Shown here in pieces: positions 35,931-45,504 of a stretch of DNA of 64,000 bases; positions within the stretch are counted from its first letter, which is position 1; every line of letters starts with the position of its first letter. The notes beneath the pieces were generated by a model, which saw only the letters and a list, made by a program, of their open reading frames with translations, searched no databases and had not been told where the DNA came from. The translations under genes were made by a program, and so were the position numbers. Source of the DNA: Planctomycetota bacterium (lineage in GTDB: Bacteria > Planctomycetota > UBA11346); assembly GCA_038213805.1 (NCBI GenBank), contig JBBQSO010000007.1:41932-105931 (forward strand), in the 5' to 3' direction.

Positions 35931-38900
35931 CTACCAATTGTAATACCGCGCCGGCTCATCGCCCAGGGCCCAGTCCTTGCGGTGATCGGGGTGGTACATG
36001 GTCGCTTCGGGCGTTTTGGTTCCCTCGTGCGCGCTGAACACGCGCTCGTCGAGCGTGAACGCGGCGCCCAGGTCGGCGAGCACCTGGGCCAGAGCGCGGG
36101 TCGAGCGCCAACGGCTGAAGCGGAGATAGGTGCGCTTGTCGGCCTCGAAGCGGTCGGGATCGATCTGGCAGAAGACCATCGAGCCCTTGCCCACGATCCG
36201 CCGCCCGATGAGTCCATCGGCACCCAGGTCGGCGCCATCCGCGATCACCCAGGCCGGAGATTCGACGCGCACGCGCAGGTCCGACGCGCTCAGACCACGG
36301 CATTCCGGCCACGCCGGCGGCTGCAGCGATCCGAGGTGGTCGTCGCGCCTGACGAGGTGCACACCGAAGCCGGCGTCCGCCTGCGCCCGGGGCAGCACCA
36401 GCACATGGCCGCCCTGGGCGGCGAAGGCTTCGAGCGCAGCAGCGTCGACCTGCGCATCGGCGCCGACCACCGCCAATCCGCCAGCCGGTAGGGCCGCCGC
36501 ACGCTGGTAGGTGACGCCAACCTCATCGAGCAGCGCCGCCCCGCGGTCCCCACCCAGGTAGGTCGCGGCGACCCGCGGCGCCAGCGGCGCGGTGCGCGCG
36601 TATTCGAAGAGCTGCCGCGCCAGGCGCGCCGCGGCCGGGTCGGTGGCGGCGTGGTCCTCCAGATCGAGCTGGCACCATAGCGCACGACCCCTGCCGCAAT
36701 CGAGCTCCATCAGCGGACTGTAGGCGAGATCAAATTCGCATTCGAGGATCGGCCGCCAGCCGCTGCGATGCGGCTTCTCGGGCGCGCCGGTCGCGACTGT
36801 ACCGCGCAGTCCCCAGCGCCAGCCGTTGGCGGGCAGTCCCGTCTCGACTGCCAGGGCGACGTCCGGACCGCTGCCGTCGACGTAGTCGGGCCTGGCCTCC
36901 ACCAGCGTGCCCTGACCGGACCAGTCGCGCAGGTCCTCGGCGTCGAGACCGGCCAGAGCCGGGTGACCGGGGTCGGTGGGGTAGACCCGGCGGGACGCCT
37001 TGTAGGACATACGCAGCCCGCGCTGGTCCCGCGCGTGCTGCGGATCCTGGGCCTGGATGATGGCGCGTCCCCCCGCGCGGACGAACGCCGCCAGGTCGCC
37101 GGGCAGCGGCACGGCGGCGGTGAACGCGCCACGGCCGATGACCAGCAGGCGGTTCGGGTCTGCGGCGCCCTTCCACGGCACCGCACGGTAGCCGAGCTGC
37201 TTGAGCAGCGCGCCGGTGCGCCCGGTCGGGTCGTGGACCAGCACCTCGCCGGTGACCGCAGCGAGCGGAGCGAACACGCGCAAAGCGAAGCGGTCGCGAT
37301 GCTGGGCTTCGCCAATGCTCGCCTCGACCGTGATCTCGCCGTCCGCCTTGCCATCCGCGACCGTGGCGGGCAGCGTGAAGGCGAACGGTGCGAATACCGT
37401 CTCGGCGATGGCGAGCGTGCCGGAGGCGCGGCCGGTGGCCACCTCGCGTCCTCCGACCGCGGCGCGCCAGGTCAGCGACCAGGCCTGTTGCGCGCGGCTG
37501 TCATTGAGCAGCGCCACGCGCTTGGCGACGCGGGCACCAGCGGTGAAGGAATGGTCCTTGGCGGTAAACGCCGCGCGGTCGCCCTCGCTCGCTGCGCCGC
37601 AGATCCACGCCAGGGTCGGCGCGTTCGCGACCTGCATCGCAGTCCCGGCGCGGGTGACCTTGCCGTCGAGCTCGTAGTAGCCGTCATCCCACGGTATCAT
37701 GCCACCCGTGATCCCCATCGTGCGCCAGCTGCGCCAGGTGTTGGTGATGAAGCGATCCTGCACCGCAAGGAAGGACGGCATGCGGAAGAAGTCCCGGTTC
37801 ATGTGCATCCACCCGTAGGTCTGGTCCTGCTTGAAGGAGTCGTGGATCACCTTGCGGTAGGCCCCGGTCTCTTTGCGGTAGGCCTCGGCGCCGAGTTCGC
37901 TGGCGAGGAACTCGGTGAGCAGCGGCTCGCTGGTGGCCGCGAGGACGAAGCCTTTGCGACCACGCATGTAGTCGAACGACACCGGGGTGCCGAATTCAAC
38001 GTACATCAGCGGCATGTCCCCCTTCTGCACGTACGTCGACAGCCATTCCTCGCGCTCCTGGAGCGGAATGGCGACCAGGTAGTTGTTGATGGTGTAGATG
38101 TCGCCATTTGCACCGCCGTTGTGGATGAAAACTGGGCGGGTCGGATCGAGTTCGTGGATGGCGTCGATGCCGGCCTTGGCGCGGGCGGTGACGGCGACAT
38201 GATCGTTGTCCTTGTTCCTGGCGTCCTCGGCGCGCGCGGCGTCGCGCTGGCCGACGTTCGCCGGGTTCATCGACCCGCCGGACATGTTGCCGCTGGTCCC
38301 CCACATCACGATCGAGGGGTGGTTGCGCGCGCGCCGCATCAGTCGCGCGCACGCGTCGTGGAACAGCGCGACGCGGTCGGGACTCATCATGTTGGTGCCG
38401 TGCCAGCCCATGTGCGGGGTGACGCCGTTGACCGGCAGCCCGGCCTCATCGGCGATCGGATAGTTGGCCTCGAACCCTGGACTGCTGCGGTACCAGGGGT
38501 CGTCCGGCCAGAGTTCGCAGAAGTTGTGACCGCGGGCGAGCGCTTCGCGGGCGAGTTCCGGGGTCTTGAGCTGGCGCACGATCGGACGCATGCGCCATTC
38601 GCTGCCGTTCAGCATGAACTTACGGCCATCCACCCAGCATTCGCGGAAGCCGAAGCGCTGCGGATAGGCGTCGACGATGCCGGCGCCGCGCGCGCCGATG
38701 GTGGCGACATACAGGTTCGGCTGGCCGACATCCCAGCGCTTGGCGTTCGCCCATGGCCAAGCCACGCTCACCGTCTGCCGCTCCGCCACCTTGGCTGCGA
38801 CCGTGGCGCTGAAGCGTTTCGCCACGACACCATCGGCCCCCGTGATAACGGTCTCGATCGCGACGTCCCCCGCTTGGGTGACGTCGGCGAGTTCGAGATC

Positions 38901-39587
38901 GAACGCGAGTTCGTCGCGACGCACACTGGTGCGCACGAAAGCGTCCTCGATGCGCGGGCCCTTAGGACGGGACAGCAGGCGCACCGTGCCGGTGAGGCCA
39001 CCCGTCTGCAGTTCTGCCTTGGCCACGGAATTCTGCCCGGGCAGGTCGCCCATCAGCACCATCACCTCGGCCTTGTCCAGGGTGGCGATGACGTGCAGGC
39101 GCAGGCGTTGCGTGGTGCCCGGCCTGATCACGGACGTGAGGTCCACGCTGCCCTCTGGCCAGGCGACCGTGCCGCACCGCACCTGATCGACGAAGACGGT
39201 GGCGTCGGTGCTGACCCGCGCCAGGTCGAGCAGGATCGCACGCCCCTGCCACTCGGCGGGCACCGTGATCTCGCGCTCGTACCAGGCGCTGCGCAAGGCA
39301 TCGCGATCGTATGTCTTCCAGTGCTCCCCCTCGCCACGCGCCACGACGCTGCGCTCGTCGCGCCACGACGCCGGCACCGAAATCCAACCCCATCCCTGGG
39401 CAGGCGCCTCCTTCTCCGCGGGCGCGAAGTGCCAGACGCCGTCCAACGCCATCTCACCGCGCAGGGGCGACGTGGCCACGGCCTTGGCATCGCTCCAGCG
39501 CGGCGCACCGGCGGGAGGAGCATCCTGCGCGGCGGCGCTGGCGACGAAGACGAGGGTGGTAAGGGCCAGATGGCTGATCGCGCGCAT
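35931..39587 (-). CDS. Secreted GH2-like glycoside hydrolase (1218 aa)
   Basis: LDGVWHF sugar-binding domain; WDVGQPNLY; RFGFRE; RNHPSIVMW; LDPTRP; YVEFG (nucleophile); C-terminal GATase-like/trimerisation-like regions. Confidence 0.75.
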   Translation of the reverse strand: MRAISHLALTTLVFVASAAAQDAPPAGAPRWSDAKAVATSPLRGEMALDGVWHFAPAEKEAPAQGWGWISVPASWRDERSVVARGEGEHWKTYDRDALRSAWYEREITVPAEWQGRAILLDLARVSTDATVFVDQVRCGTVAWPEGSVDLTSVIRPGTTQRLRLHVIATLDKAEVMVLMGDLPGQNSVAKAELQTGGLTGTVRLLSRPKGPRIEDAFVRTSVRRDELAFDLELADVTQAGDVAIETVITGADGVVAKRFSATVAAKVAERQTVSVAWPWANAKRWDVGQPNLYVATIGARGAGIVDAYPQRFGFRECWVDGRKFMLNGSEWRMRPIVRQLKTPELAREALARGHNFCELWPDDPWYRSSPGFEANYPIADEAGLPVNGVTPHMGWHGTNMMSPDRVALFHDACARLMRRARNHPSIVMWGTSGNMSGGSMNPANVGQRDAARAEDARNKDNDHVAVTARAKAGIDAIHELDPTRPVFIHNGGANGDIYTINNYLVAIPLQEREEWLSTYVQKGDMPLMYVEFGTPVSFDYMRGRKGFVLAATSEPLLTEFLASELGAEAYRKETGAYRKVIHDSFKQDQTYGWMHMNRDFFRMPSFLAVQDRFITNTWRSWRTMGITGGMIPWDDGYYELDGKVTRAGTAMQVANAPTLAWICGAASEGDRAAFTAKDHSFTAGARVAKRVALLNDSRAQQAWSLTWRAAVGGREVATGRASGTLAIAETVFAPFAFTLPATVADGKADGEITVEASIGEAQHRDRFALRVFAPLAAVTGEVLVHDPTGRTGALLKQLGYRAVPWKGAADPNRLLVIGRGAFTAAVPLPGDLAAFVRAGGRAIIQAQDPQHARDQRGLRMSYKASRRVYPTDPGHPALAGLDAEDLRDWSGQGTLVEARPDYVDGSGPDVALAVETGLPANGWRWGLRGTVATGAPEKPHRSGWRPILECEFDLAYSPLMELDCGRGRALWCQLDLEDHAATDPAAARLARQLFEYARTAPLAPRVAATYLGGDRGAALLDEVGVTYQRAAALPAGGLAVVGADAQVDAAALEAFAAQGGHVLVLPRAQADAGFGVHLVRRDDHLGSLQPPAWPECRGLSASDLRVRVESPAWVIADGADLGADGLIGRRIVGKGSMVFCQIDPDRFEADKRTYLRFSRWRSTRALAQVLADLGAAFTLDERVFSAHEGTKTPEATMYHPDHRKDWALGDEPARYYNW

Positions 39588-39877
39588 GGCAGGCTCCGAT
39601 TAGTCGCTCGCTGTCCATTGCGCCGGTTGGCCGATGAGGTGACCGCAATGATTCGAGGTTCACCCGGCCGTCTCACACGCGGCGCGACCGTTCACCCCGC
39701 CACGGGCCGACCGCGCACGGGCCCCGCGTGAGACGTACAGGTGGCTCCGCCACTTCGTCGTCACATCGCGCATGCTCGGCGCTTAGCGAGGCACTACGCC
39801 ACCATGACACCCACCGGGGCAATGCACCGGATCATGGATGCTCCGGAACCGGGGGCGCGCGCCAACGCGCTCGTGCA

Positions 39878-42133
39878 TCAGGGCGTCAGCACGACGTACA
39901 GCACGTCCGGCGGCAGGGTGACGATCAGCTTGCCGCTCTCGCGCTTCACCTGCACGACGGCGGCGGTGGGGAAGCCAGCGGGGTCGAGCGCCACTGCCTT
40001 GGCCAGCCCGCGATTGGCGAGGGTCACGGTGGCATCAGCCTTGACCACCTGCCACGGCTTGTGACCGACGTTGACGATCTCCTCCTTGTCGTGGCCGAGA
40101 TCCTTGGTCTCCCAACCGGTCGGTTTGGCGATCGAACCGTACTGGATCAGCACCTGCCGCGAAGTCGTCAGCGGCTGGTCGTCCATCGCCACGACGTTGA
40201 TCACCGCGTAGCGGTTGCCGCTGGCGATGACCGCGTCGGTCAAGGCGAAGCTGCCGCCGGCCTCTTTGAGGAAACCGCAGACGCCCTTGGTCTTGGGGGC
40301 ATCGACCAGGCACACCCCGCGACCGTAGTCCATGGTCACCTCGCCGGTCGCGCTGGTGACGATCTTCTTCGCCGCGTCGATGTGCGCCTTGAGATCCGGC
40401 GCGACCACCGTCTTGGCCGGGTCGGCGCCGTACTCGACCTCGACGGGGCCGACCAGGAACGCGAGCGGATCGACGCCACCGGTCAGCTTATTCCTTTCGG
40501 CCTGCGCCTGTGCCTCTCCGCCCTCGCGGCGGTTCGGATCGAACTCGGCGTCCTCGGCGATCATGGGGTATTCGCGCTGGAAGACGCTCTGCAGCGAGCG
40601 CGCCTCGTGCACCACTGGCTTGGCCTTCTTGATGTAGCCGCCGCGCAGGGCGATCGCATTTGCGGGGAAGGCGCCCAGCATGCCTGGGATCATGCAGCTC
40701 CACTTGAAAGGCGGGTGCTGGTCGTGTGCGGTGATGTACGGCATGTTGATCGCGAGGTCGTCATCGTACGCGACCGTGGTCTGGCAGAACCAGCAGAATG
40801 CGTCGACCCCCGTCAGCGACTGGTAGGCCGCCATCAGGAACGGGCCTTCGGCCTGGTAGCGGTTGGGGCTGACCCACGACGATTCGGTGATGATCATCGC
40901 CTTGCCGGCGACCTGCTTGAGGTTGGTGGGCAGCCCGCGCAGGTCGCGCAAGCCGGTCTCGTTGGCGATGGTGTGGCCCGGATCGATGCGCCAGCCGTTG
41001 TTCTCGCCCTCGTGCCGGCTGCCGTAGTACTTATTGACCGCGATGACCTCGTCGCCGGTGTAGCTCCAGCGCTCGACATCGCTCAGGCGCAGGGGATCAG
41101 CGGTGATCCAGTTGCTCGAATTGACCACCTGTTTGCAGCCCAGCGAGCGGTAGTGCGCGTGGAGGTCCTGGTAGTAGTCGTGCTGCGTGCGCGCCATGAA
41201 CTCGACCTGGTCGGCGGCGCGGTTGGCCTTGCCGGTGGGCGCGGTGTTGATCGTGTAGGTCGCCAGCAGGCCGACGGTGCCGTTGGCGAGGTCGTCCCCC
41301 TCCGCCTTCTCGCCGCCCCATGCCGCCAGCGCCTTGTCCAGGCTGCCGTGCTTGGTCACCAGCCACGCGGCGAACTGCTTGGCGAACAGGCGCTTCTGCG
41401 GCTCCTTCATGGTCCCGAAGGTCCAGAACAGCAGACTGTCCTCGTTCTGCGTCTCGATGACGGCCACCGCGGGGTCGTCGGCCAGACGCATGCCGGAATA
41501 AGGGTTCTTGTCGCCGAACAATTTCGCCGTCCAGGCCTTGATCGCCTTTCGGAACGTCGGATTGAAGAATCCGACGCTCCAGCTCTCCGCGTCGCCGGCG
41601 TACCCCTCGATGCCGTGCGAGGCCTTCAGCGTCATCTTCCAGAAGGGGCAGATGATGACGTAGATGCCCTGCTTCTTCAGGGCCGCCTCGGTGCGCCACA
41701 GGTTGTCGATGGCCTTGGCGTCGGGCACGTCCAGGGCGCCATCCTTGGGCGCCAGCTCGACGAACAGGCGTGCCAGGTTCACCCCCATCTTGGCGAGATT
41801 GCGCGCCGAGCGGTCGAAGTCGGCGGGATTCTCGAAGTCGGACTTGGCGTTGATCGCCCAGAAGCGCAGCGGCTTGCCGGCGCCGTCCAGGAAATCACCG
41901 TCGGCCGAGACCGTGACGAAGCCCTTCTCGCCGGCCACTGATTCATTGAGGTGGCGCAGATCAAGCAGCGCGCCCTCGCGCTGGCCATCGGCGGGATAAT
42001 TGAACGCCCAGGTCTGGTCGCCGCCGAAGACATACGTGCCGGCGTCGGCCGCCTGGCAGGTGCTGAAGCCCATCAGGGCCGGCACCAGGACGGTCAGCGC
42101 GGCGGCGGTGAGGCGGATCAGGGTGGTCGTCAT
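39878..42133 (-). CDS. Secreted clan GH-A (GH5-like) TIM-barrel glycoside hydrolase
   Basis: Signal peptide; LRFWAIN; LAKMGVNLAR; LKKQGIY; NPYSG..LADDPAVAVIETQNEDS (NE acid/base); IITESSW (nucleophile). Confidence 0.7.
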   Translation of the reverse strand: MTTTLIRLTAAALTVLVPALMGFSTCQAADAGTYVFGGDQTWAFNYPADGQREGALLDLRHLNESVAGEKGFVTVSADGDFLDGAGKPLRFWAINAKSDFENPADFDRSARNLAKMGVNLARLFVELAPKDGALDVPDAKAIDNLWRTEAALKKQGIYVIICPFWKMTLKASHGIEGYAGDAESWSVGFFNPTFRKAIKAWTAKLFGDKNPYSGMRLADDPAVAVIETQNEDSLLFWTFGTMKEPQKRLFAKQFAAWLVTKHGSLDKALAAWGGEKAEGDDLANGTVGLLATYTINTAPTGKANRAADQVEFMARTQHDYYQDLHAHYRSLGCKQVVNSSNWITADPLRLSDVERWSYTGDEVIAVNKYYGSRHEGENNGWRIDPGHTIANETGLRDLRGLPTNLKQVAGKAMIITESSWVSPNRYQAEGPFLMAAYQSLTGVDAFCWFCQTTVAYDDDLAINMPYITAHDQHPPFKWSCMIPGMLGAFPANAIALRGGYIKKAKPVVHEARSLQSVFQREYPMIAEDAEFDPNRREGGEAQAQAERNKLTGGVDPLAFLVGPVEVEYGADPAKTVVAPDLKAHIDAAKKIVTSATGEVTMDYGRGVCLVDAPKTKGVCGFLKEAGGSFALTDAVIASGNRYAVINVVAMDDQPLTTSRQVLIQYGSIAKPTGWETKDLGHDKEEIVNVGHKPWQVVKADATVTLANRGLAKAVALDPAGFPTAAVVQVKRESGKLIVTLPPDVLYVVLTP

Positions 42134-42163
42134 GGACAGGCTCCGTTTTTCTGGAAAGTTTCA

Positions 42164-42181
42164 TGCTATACCGGTATAGCT
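42164..42181. promoter_or_regulatory. Operator site 4
   Basis: TGCTATACCGGTATAGCT, 17/18, 30 bp upstream of the start at 42133. Confidence 0.85.
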
Positions 42182-42235
42182 TCGTGACGTTGGCACCTGT
42201 TCTGCGGGGCATGCTGTTGCTCGCCCAGGACAGCC

Positions 42236-42253
42236 TGCTATACCGGTGCAGCA
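42236..42253. promoter_or_regulatory. Operator site 5
   Basis: TGCTATACCGGTGCAGCA, 16/18; 72 bp from site 4. Confidence 0.8.
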
Positions 42254-42396
42254 TTGGAGGGCGGACGGCCCGGTCCAGCGCGCGCAAGACCCCGGCGCAG
42301 ATGCTGTGGCATATGCATGTGGAAGGTTCCCCATCCCCTCCAGGTGGCGCACAACGGGGCGCATGCGCACCCCCCGCCAAAGCAGGAAAGCCCGTG

Positions 42397-44424
42397 ATGA
42401 GTCGATGCCCGAGAGCAAGATCCAGAGTCGAGTACGATGGCGCATGGAGCATTCCACCGTGGCCGCCGCGCTTGTGGAGGTCGACGCAGCTCATCTGGAT
42501 CCTGCTCCTCGTCACGCTCGCCACTCAATCGTCGGCGGTCGAGGTCACCACCCTCGCGGACAGCGGCCCCGGCAGCCTGCGCAACGCCTGCACGGCGAAA
42601 AGCGTCATCCTGGGACCTGCGCTGGCGGGCAAGACCATCGTGCTCGCTTCGCGCATCGCCCTGACCGGCGACGTGGTCATAGACGCCACCGCGGCGCCGG
42701 GCGTGATCATCAGCGGCGGCGGCACGAGCCGGATGTTCTTCATCCCGATGAAGGCGAAGGTGGTCTTCGCGGGGCTGACCTTCACCGCCGGTTCCGCCGT
42801 CGATCCCGACAAGCACAAGGGCATCAACAGCAGCGGCGGCGCGATCTACGGCGACATGTTCTGCGACCTGACCCTGGTGCGCTGCGTCTTCCGCGCAAAC
42901 CTGGCGAAGGTGCCCGAGGGCGGCGGCGCCGCGGTGTTCATGAGCTACCACAGCAAGCTGTCCGTCCTGGACTGCGTTTTCGAAGACAACGACGCGACCG
43001 GCTGCGGCGGCGAGCGCGGCGGCACCGTCACCCTGGCCACCGATACCACCTCGATCTTCCGCTCCACGCAGTTCCGCGGCAACAAGGGCTTCACAGGAGG
43101 CATCAACAACCTGCTCGGGACGATGACGGTCGAGGACTGCGTGTTCGAAGACAACGACGGCCACGATGTCGGCGGGGCGATCTACTCCGACGGCGCCAGC
43201 GAGAAGATCGATGACGACAAGGGCGGCGTGTTGACCATCGCGCGCACGCGTTTCGTCAACAACCGCTCTCCGGGCCTGGGCGGCGCCTGCTATCTGTTCA
43301 TGTACCGCCTTGACCGCCTGCTGGTCGACCACTGCCTCTTCGACGGTAACAGCGGCGGTCACGGTGGTGGTTTCGCGAGCGGCAACGGCATCATCGAGAT
43401 TGCGGACAGCGTCTTCCTGCACAACACCGCCACCTATGGCGGCGCCTTCTGGACCTCGGCCTCGACCGTCGTCGGATCCGCACCGCTGACGGTGCGCAAC
43501 TGCCTGTTCGTGGAGAATGACGCGAAGAACGGCCTCGGCGGTGGCGTCTCGACCGAGACCACCGATCTGGTCCGCCTCGAGCGCTGTACCTTCTGGAAGA
43601 ACACCGGGCGCGGCGGCGCCGTGCAGTTGTGGAAGCCGGGCACGTCATCGATCCTGGGCTGCATCTTCGCCGAGAACGCCTCCCCCGTCTGGACCGGCAC
43701 CGCACCCGTCGCGACAGGGGCCAATGTGGTGTGGCCTGCCGATGACGCGATTCCGCAGAGCGACGCCGTGGTCCGCGCCGATCCGTTGCTGGAGGCGCTC
43801 GCGCCCGCCGACGACCGCTTGCCCGCAGCCGTCCCGCGCTCGCCCGGCATGGCCGGCAAGGTCGGTGCGACGGGCGTCACGCTCAGCGGCGGCGGGAAGA
43901 AGGGCCACAAGAGGGTGGCTGCGACAAAAGTCAGACCCGGCGGGCCGCCGAAGCTTGCAGCGTCCGCGAAGGCGCCAGATCCCATCCAACTGGAATCCGC
44001 CGCGCTGGCCAAGGCCATCGCCGCCGCACCAGACGCGCCAGCACGCGCAGCGGCCGCCACGACGCTGCGTGGCAATCTGGTCGGGGCTGGCCGCGGCGCG
44101 AGCGGACCACTCACCGATTTCGGGCAGATCACCATCCACGGCGGTGACGAGGTCAGCCTGCGCTTCACCACGCCGGCCGGCAGCGAGCAGGCGCTGCCCT
44201 GGAAACTCGTCGACGACACCGCGCTGCTCGCCCTCGCCAGGCCCAGCCTGGGCGCGGCGCCCCCCGCGATCCGCGTCGCCTGGATCGCGCTGGCGTGTCA
44301 CGTCGGCCGTCCGCTGCCCGAGATCCGCACCGAGCTGGAGCGCCTGAAAGCGGTGGATGCGGACGCGTTCAAGCGTCTCGATGCGCTCGTCGCGGGCGCC
44401 AAGGCTGCGGTGCCGGCGCCATAG
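42397..44424 (+). CDS. Secreted beta-helix protein with Pmp-like GGA(I/V)/FxxN repeats and unknown C-terminal domain
   Basis: VTTLADSGPGSLR start; repeated GGAIY/GGACY/GGAF with FxxN; basic Pro/Ala linker then a ~130 aa domain. Start uncertain (ATG at 42397 after AGGA). Confidence 0.65.
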   Translation: MSRCPRARSRVEYDGAWSIPPWPPRLWRSTQLIWILLLVTLATQSSAVEVTTLADSGPGSLRNACTAKSVILGPALAGKTIVLASRIALTGDVVIDATAAPGVIISGGGTSRMFFIPMKAKVVFAGLTFTAGSAVDPDKHKGINSSGGAIYGDMFCDLTLVRCVFRANLAKVPEGGGAAVFMSYHSKLSVLDCVFEDNDATGCGGERGGTVTLATDTTSIFRSTQFRGNKGFTGGINNLLGTMTVEDCVFEDNDGHDVGGAIYSDGASEKIDDDKGGVLTIARTRFVNNRSPGLGGACYLFMYRLDRLLVDHCLFDGNSGGHGGGFASGNGIIEIADSVFLHNTATYGGAFWTSASTVVGSAPLTVRNCLFVENDAKNGLGGGVSTETTDLVRLERCTFWKNTGRGGAVQLWKPGTSSILGCIFAENASPVWTGTAPVATGANVVWPADDAIPQSDAVVRADPLLEALAPADDRLPAAVPRSPGMAGKVGATGVTLSGGGKKGHKRVAATKVRPGGPPKLAASAKAPDPIQLESAALAKAIAAAPDAPARAAAATTLRGNLVGAGRGASGPLTDFGQITIHGGDEVSLRFTTPAGSEQALPWKLVDDTALLALARPSLGAAPPAIRVAWIALACHVGRPLPEIRTELERLKAVDADAFKRLDALVAGAKAAVPAP

Positions 44425-44794
44425 CATCCGGTCGCCACGCCCGGCGCGATGCGGATCGCGGACGACCAGCCGGTTACCTACCGGCTCTGCTGATTTCCCG
44501 ATGCACTGAGCCGCGCCTGGGCGCGACGTCTACTCGTTCACGTCGCCGCCTGCCGCTTCGCGGGCAGGAACGCGGACAGTTCGCCCACGGGCCCACGCGT
44601 GCGCCTCGTGGCTCCCTTGACGTTCGGAGCGCGACGGCGCTGTGACTCGGGAAGCTCGCCGTGCTGTTCGAGAAATTCGCGTGCGGCCGCTGCAGAGACC
44701 AGCTCGCGGTGGATCAGATCGACGGTGACGAATGGCGACCGTCTGGGCACGGGTACGGACTCCTGGTGGGTCGGGGCGCAGGCGGGCCTGAGCA

Positions 44795-45328
44795 TCAGGG
44801 CCAACGGGACACGACGCCGGGAGGCGCGGGGCTGGACAGTCCGGTGGCGATGATACAGGTCCCCTCCACATGCCCCCGGCCGCTGCGGATCGGACTGAAA
44901 TGGTAGGTGACCGGCCTGGGCGGATAGGGGATCCGGAACGCCGCCGGCATGTGCCGGTCATCCACCTGCACTGCCCGGCCATCCGTCATCACGGTCAGGA
45001 ACGCGTCCTTCAACAGGTGCCACGTGTCGGCGTAGATGGTGCGCGCGCGCTGTCCCTGCAGGGCCGCCGACTGCGGTCCCAGCAGCGGTTGATAGGCGTC
45101 GTTATGCAGAACGGTGAGTTCGCGCTGCCAGCAGATGGCCATCGGGACGTGGCTCTCCAGGCACACCTCCAGTACCGCATGCAGGCGCGGGGACCACGTC
45201 GCCGGGACGCCCATGGCGGTCATCGACCAATCCAGGTGCTCCAGGCGATGGCCGGCCTGTCCACCATGGGCGAACCACGGCTGGAAGATTGCGGCGGCCA
45301 GCTTGGGGAGGTCGGTGGCACGGTGCAT
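44795..45328 (-). CDS. Stand-alone or truncated PAS-like sensor module (N-terminus of hybrid histidine kinases)
   Basis: LDWSMTAMGVPATWSPRL...PMAICWQRELTVLHNDAY...TYHFSPIR matches the DWSxTxLG..WP..L PAS-like module; no kinase domain follows. Confidence 0.55.
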   Translation of the reverse strand: MHRATDLPKLAAAIFQPWFAHGGQAGHRLEHLDWSMTAMGVPATWSPRLHAVLEVCLESHVPMAICWQRELTVLHNDAYQPLLGPQSAALQGQRARTIYADTWHLLKDAFLTVMTDGRAVQVDDRHMPAAFRIPYPPRPVTYHFSPIRSGRGHVEGTCIIATGLSSPAPPGVVSRWP

Positions 45329-45378
45329 GGGCGGGGATCCGCAGGTTTCGCAGCGCCGTCCGAATCAGGACGGGCACT

Positions 45379-45396
45379 TGCTATACCGGTGTAGCA
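45379..45396. promoter_or_regulatory. Operator site 6
   Basis: TGCTATACCGGTGTAGCA, 17/18; a minus-strand TACAAT at 45418-45413 lies just upstream. Confidence 0.8.
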
Positions 45397-45504
45397 TGCA
45401 GGCGATGGCGGCATTGTACAGCGTGGCCTGCGGGCAGATCTGGGCGTGTCTGCAGCGGCCTGTTCGGCGCCGGCCGGGCATCAATCGGGATCGTGATCCG
45501 CGTT

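Noticed and set aside
36768..39731. 987 aa + strand ORF, and similar long ORFs at 39728-41941, 45289-47619, 51298-54456, 19193-20959 and 5079-6644
   Set aside because: Antisense shadows of well-supported genes; expected in high-GC DNA with strong GC3 bias; no recognisable motifs.
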